Part shown: positions 50,530 through 64,000 of the stretch, in pieces
Position numbering within the stretch: the first letter of the stretch is position 1
Layout of the letters: each line of letters opens with the position of its first letter
Assembly: GCF_001194135.2 (NCBI RefSeq)
Contig: NC_068989.1
Span: 41,553,586 to 41,617,585, forward strand
Reading direction: 5' to 3'
DNA: 64,000 nucleotides
DNA from: Octopus bimaculoides
Taxonomy: Eukaryota
Position numbers and translations under genes: made by a program
The notes under the pieces: model-generated
Told to the model about the DNA's origin: nothing
The model's input: the letters and a program-made list of their open reading frames with translations, nothing else
Database searches by the model: none

Positions 50530-50957
50530 TTAAAGCATCTTTTACAACTGGCACTTTTCTCTGATTTTGCTATATACTTTCTGTTTGGCAGTTTTTCCAA
50601 AAGAGACCAGTTTCATCTGCATTGAAAACATGGTTTGAAATGTAACCGCCTTCTTCAATCATTTTGGCTAGTTTTGGAAGAAATTTTTCAGCAGCTGTCT
50701 TATCTGCCAATGAAATTTCACCTCTCATTTTTATATTATGCAGTGCGTGTCTTTTGAGGAATTTTGTAAGCCATCTTGTACTTGCAGCAAATTCATTCTT
50801 CTTTTTATCACTAGACAGATGTAACGCACTTGATGACTCCAGATCATTAATCTTCTTGTAAAATCGTAATGCCATCTGTTTTATGGTTTTACCATCTATT
50901 GGTATCCTTTTTTTTATTGTTTTCTTCTATCCATTGTATTAAAGCTTTCTCCATGTT
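50530..50957 (-). mobile_element. Tigger/pogo (CENP-B HTH plus DDE_1) transposase fragment
   Basis: MEKALIQWIEE, F.AS.RWL.KFLKRH and VFNADETGLFWK motifs; frameshifted; runs into an N gap. Confidence 0.88.
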
Positions 50958-51057
50958 NNNNNNNNNNNNNNNNNNNNNNNNNNNNNNNNNNNNNNNNNNN
51001 NNNNNNNNNNNNNNNNNNNNNNNNNNNNNNNNNNNNNNNNNNNNNNNNNNNNNNNNN
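50958..51057. other. Assembly gap, 100 N
   Basis: N run. Confidence 1.
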
Positions 51058-51494
51058 GGCGATAGGAAGGGTACCACCTAGCCATAGAAACCAAACCAAA
51101 ATGACATGTACCAGTGACTTGGAATGGGAAAGGACTTGGATCATCACAACTTGTCCAGTCCCATACCTTTGTAGAAAGTAGGCATAAAATACTGGCACTT
51201 AAAGCTCTTGAAGTATTTCTGGTGATAATTTGTCCAAGACTTAATTAAAAGATTGATATTTATAGTAAAACTATTGTCTAATAGCATTTTTAGTTACAGG
51301 TTTTCCAAGTGCTGATCGTTGGTTCCTTGCATTTGTGGCAGTGACTGTACCAAGTTCAAATATGGTAAGGGGCTTTGCTCAATGGAAACCAACTTTCTCA
51401 TTGATGCTTACATCATTTGGTGAAAAAGACACACACACACACACGTTTTTGTACGGTTCTGCTCACTAAATTTCATTGACAAGGGATTGGTTAA

Positions 51495-51711
51495 CCCTTC
51501 AGCATTCAGATCACTCTGTCAAATACAATGCTTATTTGTTCACTCACATTGTTTTAGATTAGTCATAGCATTGAGATTTTCACAATGTGATTTTTTTTTT
51601 TTCTTTAAAATCACATTGTAGAGTGGATGTGAAAGGCCAGATTAGGCTGTTTTCGGCATAAAAACAGGTAGAATATTTGGGCCAGATATGGGCTGTTTAA
51701 ATGCTAAAATG
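51495..51711. mobile_element. TTAA-flanked piggyBac-type MITE, family E
   Basis: ttaacccttcagcattc start; aatgctaaaatg degenerate end. Confidence 0.7.
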
Positions 51712-54700
51712 TAAACTGGAGGCACTTAGAAGGCCATGGATGTACCAAATAGTACAGGTCTGCCTATTGAATTCCATTCCCAAGGGAATGATTAACTCAT
51801 AGGTAAAAGGTATGCTTGGACGTTCTTGTCCAAGAGGTTTGTATAGTAGGATTGATCTGAAATTCTTACTCAGTTAGCCATACCTGCATCTCTTGGTTGA
51901 CAAAGATTACCATGACTTCATTGGAGAATGTTTTCCAGTTCTATATATTCAGGAAGACAGTGCAGGTTTTATGTGTTAAAATGGACCATTTTGATAATGA
52001 CTCACCTGAGGTTGACCTTACTTCTAAGGTACAAACTTCCTGTTTTTAAAATGATCTAAATAAAACCCTCCAACAAAACTTCTTGTTAATTTGTTATAAA
52101 CATCAGCTTATTAATGACAGTTATTTTACTAAATTCTTCATTTATAACCTTGGGCCAACCAAAGCCTTTTGAGTGGGTTTGGTACACAGAAACTGAAAGA
52201 AGCCTGTCGTGTATATATGTGTCTGTGTTTGTCCCCGACCACTGCCTGACAACCAATGCTGGTGTATTTATGTCTCCATAAGTTTGCAATTTGCCCAAAG
52301 AGACTGATAGAATAAGTACCAGGCTTAAAAAACATGTACTGGGGTCATTTCATTCAATTAAAACCCTTAGAGTTGGTACTCCAGCATGACCACAGTCGAA
52401 AGATGATGAAAAATAATTCATGGCTTGCTTCCAACCACATGATTCTGGGTTCAGTCATGCTACATTGCACCTTGGGCAAGCGTCTTCTACTATAGTCTCA
52501 GCCCAACCAAGGCCTTGTGAGGAGATTCAGTAGACGGAAACTGAAAGAAGCTCATTGTATATATGTATAGATTTGTTTGTTCCTCCCCACCATTGCTTGA
52601 TGTTAGCGGTTCAGCAAATGTGACTGACAGAATAAGTCTTGGGGTCGATTTCTTCACCTAAAAAAACTTTCAGGGCAGTGCTCCAGCATGGCTGCTGTCA
52701 AATGACTGAAACAAGTAAATGAATAAAAGAATATTTTCAGAATACTATTGTCATTGGTTTATGTCCACTTTTCCATGCATGTTCTGGACAAAAATTGTTG
52801 AGGCTGATTTTCTCTGACTGGATATATCAATCGTTACTTTTTTCAAATTAGATGATATTTCCCCATATCCAGATGTTTTCATGGAAGATTAGGAACGAAA
52901 AACCACTACATGTACAGCAACGATGCATGTTTACAACTATTGTGTGATAGGAAGACAAGGAGACAGTATCTCTCACACACATATGTACTATGGGTTGCTT
53001 TTTGTCTACCAGATCCATTTACAAGGTTATAATTAGGCTGGGGCTGTAGTAGAAGATACCCAAAGTGCTGCACAGTGGCTGAACTTGGACCCATGTAGTA
53101 AGGAAGTAAGTTTCTTAAGCATACCTTTAACTTCTTTAGTGAAGTTTATTAACTGCAACACAAAATACTAAATATTTTAATGCACTTAACTTTGTTCTTG
53201 AGGTGGGTGAGACATTGAAGAATAAACTTCTTTCTTTAAGAGAAAAATTGGGTATAAGAGGCATTAGATGTAGTGTGCAAGAGAGAAGACTGCACTAGTA
53301 TGGTCATGTGATGCATATGATAACAGCTGCATAAAGAAGTGTTGATCTAATTGTTGAAGGGCTAGACCCAGGCAGATGTGGGAGAAAGTGGTGAAATATG
53401 ATCTTTAGCTGAGAATATGGCAAGTGACAGACTTCTGGTGATTTGGTGTGCTTGAGAAGACATCAAGCTAAGTGAATCATGGTCATTACCAGTGACACAA
53501 AAAAAAAAAAAAACTGCATTTTCTAGTGGTTGGCATTAGCAAGGGCATTCAGCTGTAGAAACCAGGCCAAAACAGATGACTGGAGTTTGGTGCAACTTTT
53601 CCAGCTTACTAGTCCTGGTCACACTAACACATGCCAGCATGGAAAACTGATGTTAAATGATGTTGATTGCAACATGGCCATAAGGCTCCAGGTTCAGTCT
53701 TACAGCATGGCATGATGGACGAGTGTCTCTTCCTATAGTTTGAAGCCAACTTTTACCTTACTGGTGTAATTGGCTGTATAGAAACTATATAAAAGGCTTG
53801 TCAGATTGATTGTAATTTAAAGAGCTGTCACATTGATCCTAAATATTCTTGGTTGAACCTGACACATAGGACCCATGCAAGCATGGAAAAGTGGATGTTA
53901 AAACAATGATTATAAATTTGTTTTGTGTTCAAATTCCACTGAGGTCAGTGTAATCAACTTAGCCCCTTCCCTAAAAAATTACTGGCCTTGTACCTAAATG
54001 AGAAACCAGCAGATCTTATCATCATCATTACCATTTAACATGTGTTTTCCATGCTGGCATATTTTATTCTGAGTTCAAATCCCACTAAGGCTAGTTTTGT
54101 TTTTTATCCCTCTGGGGTCAATGTAACCAACTAATTTCGTTCCCTGAAAATTGCTAGCCTTGAATCTAAATTAGACACATTGATTATTTTGTTACCATAT
54201 TTCTCTTGAAATACACTGCTTTTGTTTCAGTTGATTTTGAAAATATGAAAAATTTAGTAAAATGGCCTTAAGCTGGTGTAAGGCAATGAGAATCATTAGC
54301 ACATTGAACAAAATGCTTAGCAACATTTTGTCTTTACATTTCCATTTCAAGATCTGCCATGGTCAACTTTGCTTTTCATCCCTTCAGCATCAATAAAGTA
54401 AGTTCCAGTTGAGCACTGTAGTCGATGTAATCAACTAGCCTCCTCCCTCGAACTTACTGGTCTTGTGCCAAAATTTGAAATCATTATTAAACTGGTGTTG
54501 GGAACATGAATTGTGTTGAAATGTTTCAATTTAAATGGGCCATATCTGGCCAAAATGCTCTACCAGTTATACGTTCAAAATGGCCAAATCCAGGCTTTTA
54601 CACTTACACTACAATGCCCATCTGAAAACGAGCAATCACATCATCAAAATCTCAAAGCTATGAGGTAATGCGTGGTTAATTCAAAACAGTATGAATATAT

Positions 54701-55342
54701 AAGCATTATGTTTGACTAATCTGAATGCTAAACGGTTAAAACAAGTTTGTCTCATTGGACCAGGAGTAGGATTAGGTGGTTAATTCACTAAAAAAAAAGA
54801 AGAGTGGTCATCAAAGTATTAATGGCATTACAGAAGGTAGTGTGAAGAATCAACTGTTTCAATTTTCATAGGTTGGGATTATTACAGATATTTGTTTGGT
54901 TTAACAAAATCTTGAGATCGTGTCCGCAAAAAAAAAAAAAATTTAACAAGAGAAAATAATTTGAAGGCCTAGGTGTCACTGTGTGGTAAGAAGCTTCCTT
55001 CCCAACCAAAACTTTGTGAGTGGATTTGGCAAACAGCTGAAAGAAGCCCATCATATATATATGTGTGTGTGTGTGACTGTTTGTCCCTACCGCTGTTTGA
55101 CAATCAGTGTTGGTGTGTCTTTGTGTTTACTTACCTATAACTTGTTGGTTCAGCAAAAGAGATCAATGGAATAAGTACCAGACCGAAAAAAAATAAATAA
55201 AGTACTGGGACTGATTCATTTGACTAAAAATTCTCCAGAGTAGTGCCCCAGCATAGCTGCAGTCTAACGACTGAAACGAGTAAAGTATTAAAGATATATT
55301 CATAGAAACAATGACCAGATCCAAATTTGTGATTATAATAAC

Positions 55343-55809
55343 TGAATGTCATGGAGGAAATAAAAGAATGCAACAAGTGTCAGGATGCTGAGCTTGAGAA
55401 ATGATTATCACTGTCATGATACCAATATCATTCATTTGTAATATACTGCAGAAGCATGTCTAACCACAGTGAAATATCACCCTTGCTTCAAAACGGATGA
55501 TAGTTGGTGACAGGAAGGGCATCCATCCATAGAAAAACTGCCTCAGTAAAAACGATGATGATTAGACTTAAGCTGTTCAGGGAAGTATTTCTCTCAGATT
55601 CACTCTTTACATCAGTATACTGCCTTGTAAGATTATCTCCCTTCATTCCTCAGTAGCATATTGCTCATATTTCATCAATATTACTGAAGATACAATGGGC
55701 TTCATATGGCCGTATTAAATGTTAAAAAGTTAAACTGCTAGAATGTCAGTGTGCTGATATTGATGAGATGGGACTTCAATAACAATTTAATGTGGAAAGA
55801 ATTCATTTG
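55343..55809 (+). repeat. Composite duplication of 42728-43086 plus 36765-36878
   Basis: Both pieces read directly at roughly 90% identity or better. Confidence 0.9.
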
Positions 55810-57955
55810 CTAATGATAGAATATAGGCATAGCTGTGAAGTTAAGTTTGCTTTCCAAGCACATGATTTTGAGTTCAGTGTCACTGTGTGGCACATTGGAA
55901 AAGTGTCTTCTACTATAGCTCATAGCTTGGGCTGCTCAAAGCCTTGTTAGTAGATTTGGTAGACAGAATCTGAAAGAATCCCATCATATGTGTACATAAC
56001 ATATATCCTTAACTTTTTTTAGTCATTAGATTACAGCCATGCTGGCACACTGCTTTGAATTTTTAGTCAAATGAATTGATCCCAGTACATGTTTTCTTTT
56101 AAAGCCTGGCACTTATTGTATCAATTTCTGCTGCTGATACACCAACAGTGTCAAGAGTTGGTGAAGGACAAATACAGACACACATATAGGTGTATACATT
56201 TATACAATGGGTTTCTTTCACTTTCCGTCGGCCAAATCCACTCACAAGGCTTTAGTCAGCCCAAGGTGCCATGCACTGTGACTGAACCTGAAACCATGTG
56301 GTTGGGAAGCAAGTTCTTACAACACAACCATCGTCATTTAACATCTATGTTCCATGCTGTCATGGGTTGGACTGTTTGATTGGATCTAATGGCCCAAGGA
56401 CTGCATCAAGTCCAAATGTCTGAGTGCCCTTCCTTAATACCAATCACTTTACCCGAGTACTATTGAAGTTGCCATGCAACTTGCAAGTATAAATGTGTGC
56501 TTGCAACTTCTTGTCTTGACATTTTGTTGTAAAGGAGCATCACCATCATACAAATGGTGTCCTTCATTTCCAATCTTCCAAGACAATATCTTGGCTGGAA
56601 GCAGATTGAAGGTTGGAAAAAGGAAGGGCCCTTGGTCATAGAACCGTGGAAAAATCTGCCTTAAATTTGAAGCAACATGAAATGGAAGTACCTTGCTAAA
56701 GGACACAACATACTGTCTAGTCTAGGAACTGAACCCATGAACTTATAACAATCTCACCACCCTAACTCCTAGGCACAAAAGTGACATTGGGTGGTGGTGA
56801 CGACAACTTGATTGCATTGATACCAGCACCTTAACTGCTACTTTATTGTTGTTGACCTGAAAATAATTAAAACTAAGTTGATCGCAGCAAGATTTGAACT
56901 CAGAACATGAAAAGAGTTGCAGTTTAAACACTACAAGGCATTCCAGTGCTCTAATGATTCTGCTAATTAATTGCTTGTAGCTGTGACACATAATGATAGA
57001 ACATTACATGTCTGTCATTGTGCCTGACACAAATCCGAGCTGATGTTAATAGGAATGTGATGCAATAAATCCAAGAAGCATGTCTTAGGTCAGTGATGTG
57101 ACTGTTTAATAATACTCAGTATCTATAGGTCTTCTATATGTGTGGCAGGACACCTTGTCTTTGGAGAAACACTCTACTTAATTGTAACTTAGTTTTTCTT
57201 TAAAATTTACCAGTAAAAAGTAAAAACGAAAAAAAGTGACAAATACAAACATTATTCAACAGTTACTGCAACCCTCTTGATTCCAAACTGCCAGAAACCG
57301 TCCTTGGCTTTATGGTACAGATTGCCTGTTTTAAAGGTCCCAACCTATTTTCCTTCAGGCCCCAATGTAACTCTCTAGAAAAATGTATGCCCACTGGTAG
57401 TTGGAAAAAACAAGTTTATTTTTAATATTTATCACATTTAATACAAAAGAATCTACCAATAACTCTTTGTTATTGGTACTAAGTATATTTAAAAAAAAAA
57501 GTATATCATTGACTACGAGGAAAAAAGATTTTCACTTTTCCATTAAACAAAAACACATTTTGAATCTCAAATCCCACCACAATTTTCCTTGTCCCACATT
57601 GGGGATCACATATTTAATCTAAACAGTACCCTTCCCTTAGTGTTGTCTCGAGTCCTAGCAATCACTCATAGGATGTTTCTATGGTATACAAGTGACCCTT
57701 ATCACAACGTTCCCCGGATACCAGTCTGTCGTAGGTTTACTCTTACAGCTCAATGGTACTGCATCACATGAAATAAAGTGTTTTTGTTCAGTTTATTCTA
57801 AACTTCAGCTTAATAGTAAAGTTTTCCTACTAACTGTTTCGTTATTTTCAAAATTAATTGAAAGAAAAACAGTGTATTTCAACAGAAGTAATGGTAACAA
57901 GATAGTTAAATTTAAAAAATAAAAATAAAAAAAAAAAAAAAAAAANNNNNNNNNN

Positions 57956-57988
<33 letters not shown>

Positions 57989-58501
57989 CCTTCAAATGCT
58001 GAAACTACTGTAGGAGCGACAATATTGTATGGTAGAATTGGATCAAGGGAAATAACTTTAATTTTAATCCATATTGGAGTTATATACCTTGAAACAATAT
58101 CTCTAACTAGAGACACCCACTGCAATGTTTCATATTTTCGGTTAATTTAGAAATAATGGTTTTAAAATAAAATTTTTCTGTTTTTATGAAAATTTATTTT
58201 CTAAATGTATGCAAGTTTAACTTCATTGTAGGTGCAAGCATGGTTGTGTGGTTAAGAAGTGTACTTCATAACCATCTAGTCTCAAGTTCAATCCAACTAC
58301 GCAGTACTTTGAGTAAGTGTCTTCTATTATAGCATCGGGTTGACCAATGCCTTGTCAGGGAAATTAGTTGTTAGAAACAGAGTGGAAGCCTATTGTAGAT
58401 ATGCAAGGCTGTGTGGAATAGATCCTTTATTTGGATAAAAAGGTAGCATTAACAAGGGTACCTGGCTGTATTACAATGCTTCAAATAACATTCATCTAAT
58501 C

Positions 58502-58822
58502 CAGTGATTCTCAGTCAAGATCCATACGACCTCTGAGGGTCCATATAAGATTTTTGCGAGGTCCACACAAGCAAAATAAGTAAATCAAGGGTCCATGAAA
58601 TTTTGCTTTAGATATGTTTTTTGAAAGAAACCTAGTGGTTTCTTTCTCAAATGTTTACACAGTTCAACCTACACAATATGTGCAAAGCAAAATAGGAGTA
58701 TTGAAAGAATCATCTAGAAAACTAGTTTTATAAAAATGAAATGGCTACAAGGGGTCCACCTGAGTAAAATAGTAATCAAAGGGACTCATAGGTAATAAAA
58801 AAAAAAAGGTCCAGAACTATTG
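58502..58822. mobile_element. hAT/Charlie-type MITE, degenerate
   Basis: Ends cagtgattctca and agaactattg; imperfect 8-bp flanks atctaatc/atcaaacc; internal gggtcc repeats. Confidence 0.55.
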
Positions 58823-59741
58823 ATCAAACCCATGCATGCATGGAAAGAAAAAACGATGTAGTATAAATGAAATGTGTGTTTCTGCCTGTCTTGATATCAC
58901 ATGCTAATTAACTGTAAACATACCTCATCATACAAGCAGTTGCTTGTAATTGTGCCATAGGGGAAAGTATATCCTTGCTTGGATACAGGTAGAAAATCTA
59001 CCTCAATAAATCCTATCTAATTATCCAAACATGGAAAATCCTCATCATTTTCATCATTATTTAACATCCATGTTCCATGCTGGCATAGATAGATCAGTTT
59101 GACTAAACTGCATCATGATCCAATGTCTGGTTTGGCATGTCTTCTATGGGTGGATGCCCTTCCTAACCCTAACCACCTATACAGCATGCACTGGGTGTCA
59201 GTACTAATGAGGTCATCATGCAGCTTGCAAGACTTAGATCCGTATCTCTTGGAAGCTGCATGGCAAATTCACAAGTGCTGGTGTCGTGACAAAAAACAAA
59301 TGTTAAAACCATGATGGTTGATGGTTATATATATATGTGTGTGTGTGTGTGTGTATCATGAACACATGACTGGCCAAACTATCAGCTGCTGTTGCACTTC
59401 ACTGGTCACAATACTTTCAGATAAGACCACCCCACTGGCTAGGTGAACTGGCGAACATTTTCCACCAGAGCGAAAGGAGGACTGGAGCAATGTGAAATGA
59501 AGTGTTTTGCTCAAGAACATGTACTGCCCAGTCTGGGAATCAAACTCACAACCTAGTGATTGTGAGTGCAACAGCCTAACCACTAGGCCATGTGTCTTCA
59601 TATGTAAATATTTGCATTCATGCAGCAAAATGATGAAACATCTTGGTGACAATGGTGGTTGGAGCTACTTTTGCTCTTTCAAATCTGCCTCCACTTGCCT
59701 TTGATTGTAACTTGATTTCTATATCGAGTGCTAGAACTGTT

Positions 59742-60104
59742 GTGTGTTGGCACTCCGTCGCTTACGACATCGAGGGTTCCAGTTGATCCGATCAACGGAA
59801 CAGCCTGCTCGTGAAATTAATGTGCAAGTGGCTGAGCACTCCACAGACACGTGTACCCTTAACATAGTTCTCGGAAATATTCTGAGTGACACAGTATGAC
59901 AAGGCTGGCCCTTTGAATTACAGGTACAACAAAAACAGGATGTAAGAGTGAGAGAAAGTTGTGGTGAAAGAGTACAACAGGGTTCGCCATGAGCTTTAGG
60001 TGTTTTCGCTCAATAAACACTCACAACGCCCGGTCTGGGAATCGAAACTGCGACCCTATGACCGCAAGTCCGCTGCCCTAACCACTGGGCCATTGCGCCT
60101 CCAC
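59742..60104 (-). mobile_element. Second young copy of the same tRNA-derived SINE with a small internal deletion
   Basis: Reverse complement of 17088-17478; 12-bp TSD gctagaactgtt at 59730-59741 and 60105-60116. Confidence 0.88.
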
Positions 60105-60304
60105 GCTAGAACTGTTAGATATTATTTATTAAGCACAGGCATGTCTGTATGGTTCAGGAATTCATTTGGAACTCTGTGGTTTAGGGGTTTTCTTCCTCAC
60201 TGTATGGGCCTTGTCAACTAGTATCTTCTACAATAACCATAGGCTGGTCAATGCCTTGTAAATGAAATTGATAGAGAGAAACTGCAGGAAGGTTAGTGTT
60301 ATAT

Positions 60305-60457
60305 TGTGATTATGTGGTAAGGAGCTTGCTTCCCAACCACATGGTTCTGGGTTCAGTCCCACTGCATGGTACCTTGGGCAAGTGTCTTCTACTGTCGCCT
60401 TGGTCTGACCAAAGCCGTGTGAGTGGATCTGGTAGACAGAAACTGAGAGGAGCCTGT

Positions 60458-60514
<57 letters not shown>

Positions 60515-60733
60515 TGTATATATATATGTGTGTGTTTGGTTTGCTTAGCAAGTGGTGTTGGTATGTTTACATCCCTGAAACTTACCAGTTCAGCAAAAGA
60601 GACTGATCTAATAGGAACTAGGCTTTAAAAAAGTAAAAGTTAAGTACTGAGGTCAATTCATTTGACTAAAAATTCTTCAAGGCCCCAGCATAGCTGCAGT
60701 CTAATGACTGAAAAACAAATAAAAGGTAAAAGA
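60305..60733 (+). mobile_element. Family C SINE (tRNA/CORE-like head, internal (AT)n, aaaaga tail)
   Basis: gggttcagtcccactg...accttgggcaagtgtcttctact head; further copies or pieces near 13195, 19937, 20075(-), 29607, 39533, 42510, 44125, 48945, 49500(-), 52140, 52418, 52960(-), 54966, 55823, 56130(-), 58228, 61455. Confidence 0.8.
60459..60508. repeat. (AT)n inside a family C SINE
   Basis: Direct reading. Confidence 0.95.
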
Positions 60734-62099
60734 TATATCATTCCTACATTCTCTTCTACACTGAATAGTCATGTAGATCCTCTGTGACAAGAAACAGTTG
60801 TGATTCAGCCCCTTCTCTTGTACTTTAACCCCTTATCTCTGAGTATAAAGCTACTCCACTTTCTTGGGATTTGTAGTTTTACAAGCTGCATGGGTGACAC
60901 CACTACTGCTGGCAACATGAAAAAAAGCAACCATCACATGCTATAAAGTGGTTGGTCTTAGGAGGGGCATCCAGATGTAGAAACCATGGAACATAATGCA
61001 GTCCTTGGACCAATTAGGTCCTGTCAAACCAGTCAACCAATGCCAGTATAGAATATAGATGTTAAATGATGATGACAATGGTTTACCATTTAATAAATAT
61101 AGGAATTATGATATGTCATTATTGACAATACATGTTGCTCTCAGAGTAAAGTTTTGTCACTTCAGCTGTCAGCCATAAACCAAAGTGACAAACTTTGCAT
61201 ATAATGACATATCAGATGACTGACTTACCCCTCTCAGTGAAAAAAGTTTTCACTATCTGGACATCTACCATCACTGCAGTTGAGGACAAGTTCCAACTGT
61301 GATGTGAAGGAGACATCATTGAGGTTCCTTTTCATGACAATCTCCAGTATAATATGGCAAAGGACACATGGATGACTCTATATAGATATATAATATTTTA
61401 ACTGATGCTAACATATTACATAAGGATTATTAAAAAGAACCTAAAAATAATTATACAGCAATGGCACTTGGGCAAGTTTCTCATACAAGTCCAGGGCCAA
61501 CCAAAGCCTTGTGAGTGAATTTGGTAGGCAGAAACTGGAGAGCTTATCATATGTATTGATACAAGTGTGTTTTGGTTTGTATTAGCATTGTGTCTGATGG
61601 TGTTTTAGGGAGTTCATCAATTCTTCACCACTTGTCAGAATGTAGTAGTCTTGTACTATTTTTCTTTGTGTACGTGTAGTAGTGCAGGCCACACATCTTG
61701 GAGGAATTTTCCAGTTTCTGCAGAAGTAGGGAATTTAAGTTACCTCCTCTTGTGAGAAATGCATAATGGTTTTTCACTCAGAGTTAGTCTTTTCCTCCTT
61801 TCTAAACATCATAACACCTTGTTTTACAATATCATTTTTGTACTGGAAAGGCCTTACCGTTCAGATATTGCACCGAATGTACAGTCCATTGGTTAACTAC
61901 CCTCAAAAAGATAAGGTGTCAAACATTTTTTGTTCTTGTTGTTGCTTCTGCTGTTGATGACAACATTCTTGTTTTTCTTCTCACTCTTGCTGTTGTTGTT
62001 CAGGTTGTTTCTGAATGGGCTTTGATCAGCCAAAACGATTGATAAATCTCTTAAAACTTATGGAGCTCTAAGCTCCAAAGTATTGTAACCATTAATAAT

Positions 62100-62315
62100 A
62101 ATGATTTCAAATTTTAGCACAAGGCCAGCAATTTTGGGGGAGGAGTAAGTTGATTATGTCAACCCCTGTACTCAACTGGTACTTATTTTATCAACCTCAA
62201 AAGGATGAAAGGTAAAACTGACTTAGGCAGAATTTGAACCCAGAACATAGAGATGAATGAAATGCTGCTAAGTATTTTACCCAGCATGCTAATGATTCTG
62301 CCACCTTGCTACCTT
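62100..62315 (-). mobile_element. Family B SINE
   Basis: tagcacaaggcc...gaatttgaacccagaac...ctgccaccttgc. Confidence 0.75.
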
Positions 62316-62859
62316 AATCATAATGATAATAACAAATAAGACACAAATATTCAGTTTGTCCTGTCTACAGGGATTATGTAGAAGGATGGTTTATTAAAAT
62401 ATGAACATTAGATTAAAATAGAACGACAAACTATCAGAACATCACAGATGTGTTTAATAGTCAGAAATTTAGAAGGCTTAAAGCAATGATTAATATCTGT
62501 CTTCTGCTGACAGATTTACAAACTGAACTTGGCAATATTACATTACTTCTGTCTCGTGGTGGGTGGGAAAACAGGTAATAATAAGAAGAACAACAATAAG
62601 AATAATGTAATAATAATAATAAAAATATCAATACTAACTGTAATTTCTTATGTAGAATTAAAATTTGAGATTTGTCATTCAAAGAATGGTTAGAAGAGAT
62701 TTTGTGAAGCCAATGCCCTTTTCAATGGCATTTGTGTAACATAAGTGACAGTTTCTTTAAATGGGGAATCAAAATTCACTTGTTGACTCAATTGGCCAAA
62801 AACTTATTGCCATACCAGACTTCACAATAATAATAATAATAAAAATAATAATGGTCTCT

Positions 62860-63305
62860 TAGGCAAGAGGCCAGAAATTTTAAGGAGATGGAGTTAGTCG
62901 ATACCATCAACCCCAGTGCTTGACCGGTACTTTATTTTAGTGACCCCGGAGGGATGAAAGGCAAAGTTGACCCTGGTGAAATTTGAATCCAGAACATAAG
63001 AAGTTTGAAAAAAAATACCACAAGATATTTTAGCCAACTTTCTAATGATTCTGACAATCCACAGTTCTAATACTAATAGTAATGGTTTCTGATTTAGGCA
63101 CAGAGGCCAGTAATTTTGAGAGGAAGGGGCAAAGTCGATACCAATGACTCCCAGTACTTGACTGACTGGTACTTATTTTATCAATCTCTGGAGAGATGAA
63201 AGGCAAAGTTGACCTGGGTGGGGTTTGAACTCAGAACAACATAAAGAGCTGGAACAAATACAGCAAGGCATTTTGTCTGACGCTCTAACAATTCTGCCAA
63301 TCCAC
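62860..63305 (-). mobile_element. Two tandem family B SINEs bounded by (aat)n runs
   Basis: Two reverse-complement cores; (aat)n at about 62825, 63070 and 63320. Confidence 0.75.
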
Positions 63306-63644
63306 AACCCTTATTAAAATAATAATAATAATAATACTTTTTACAAATAATAAATAATTATCGGTTTAAAAAGAAATAAAGAATACTGAAAGGAATTTGG
63401 GCGAGATAATAAATCTTTACCAATTTTTTTTTTCTTTTCTTTGCTGTTTCCTTAATTTAGTTTTCCAAATTGAATAAGTAAACAAAGAAAGAAATCTGGG
63501 GGTGGGTTGGGGGGAGAGGGAAGGTTAAGGAATGAAAAAGTAGAAAAAAATATAGATATATATATATTATATATAATATACTGGTGACAAAAGAAAGGAA
63601 GAAATGACAGCTGAATAACAATAATAATATTAATAATAAAAAAG

Positions 63645-63646
<2 letters not shown>

Positions 63647-63676
<30 letters not shown>
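63647..63676. repeat. (AC)n microsatellite
   Basis: Direct reading. Confidence 0.95.
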
Positions 63677-63678
<2 letters not shown>

Positions 63679-64000
63679 CGCAAATACAAGCAACCACCCT
63701 GAATAGCCACTACAATATCATATGTGTTCATGGACAACCTAACAGAAGCTGGTTATGGGTATATATATATATTTTTTTTACAAATTATACATTAAGATTA
63801 GTGGAAAAAGAATGTCCATGATATATAAACCAAATTTCTGTAAGATGTACATCTATGTACATGCATTAAGTATATATATAAGCTTTACACCATGTATGTA
63901 CATATTTTAAGGTTATATGATATACATTATGTGTGTAGATGTATTAAAGTTTATACAAGATACACATCATGGGGTACCATAAAGTTATATATAAGAATCT

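Overview
AT-rich, repeat-dense animal genomic DNA with six N gaps. The SINE, MITE and microsatellite content suggests an octopus/cephalopod genome (inference). One protein-coding gene is supported: a RAD23 homologue (UBL-UBA1-XPC-binding/STI1-UBA2) on the + strand. Eight coding segments between 12855 and 44661 join in frame with canonical GT-AG sites. Exon 1 is not visible and may lie in the 7136-7910 gap or upstream of the window; the start of the penultimate exon lies in the 41189-41404 gap. The rest is transposon-derived: mariner deletion derivatives, a Tc1 remnant with 35-residue catalytic spacing, a 2.5 kb Buster-type hAT with an intact 8-bp TSD, a Tigger fragment, TTAA-flanked piggyBac-type MITEs, LINE remnants and several tRNA-derived SINE families. 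I found no clearly new biological system. The best leads are: mosaic local duplications stitched from non-adjacent RAD23 intron pieces; long inverted repeats around exon 4 that could be ADAR substrates; a tandem hairpin-plus-pseudoknot unit in a young retroposon; the D35 Tc1; and a candidate restorative A-to-I site in UBA1. Identities and repeat boundaries were estimated by eye.
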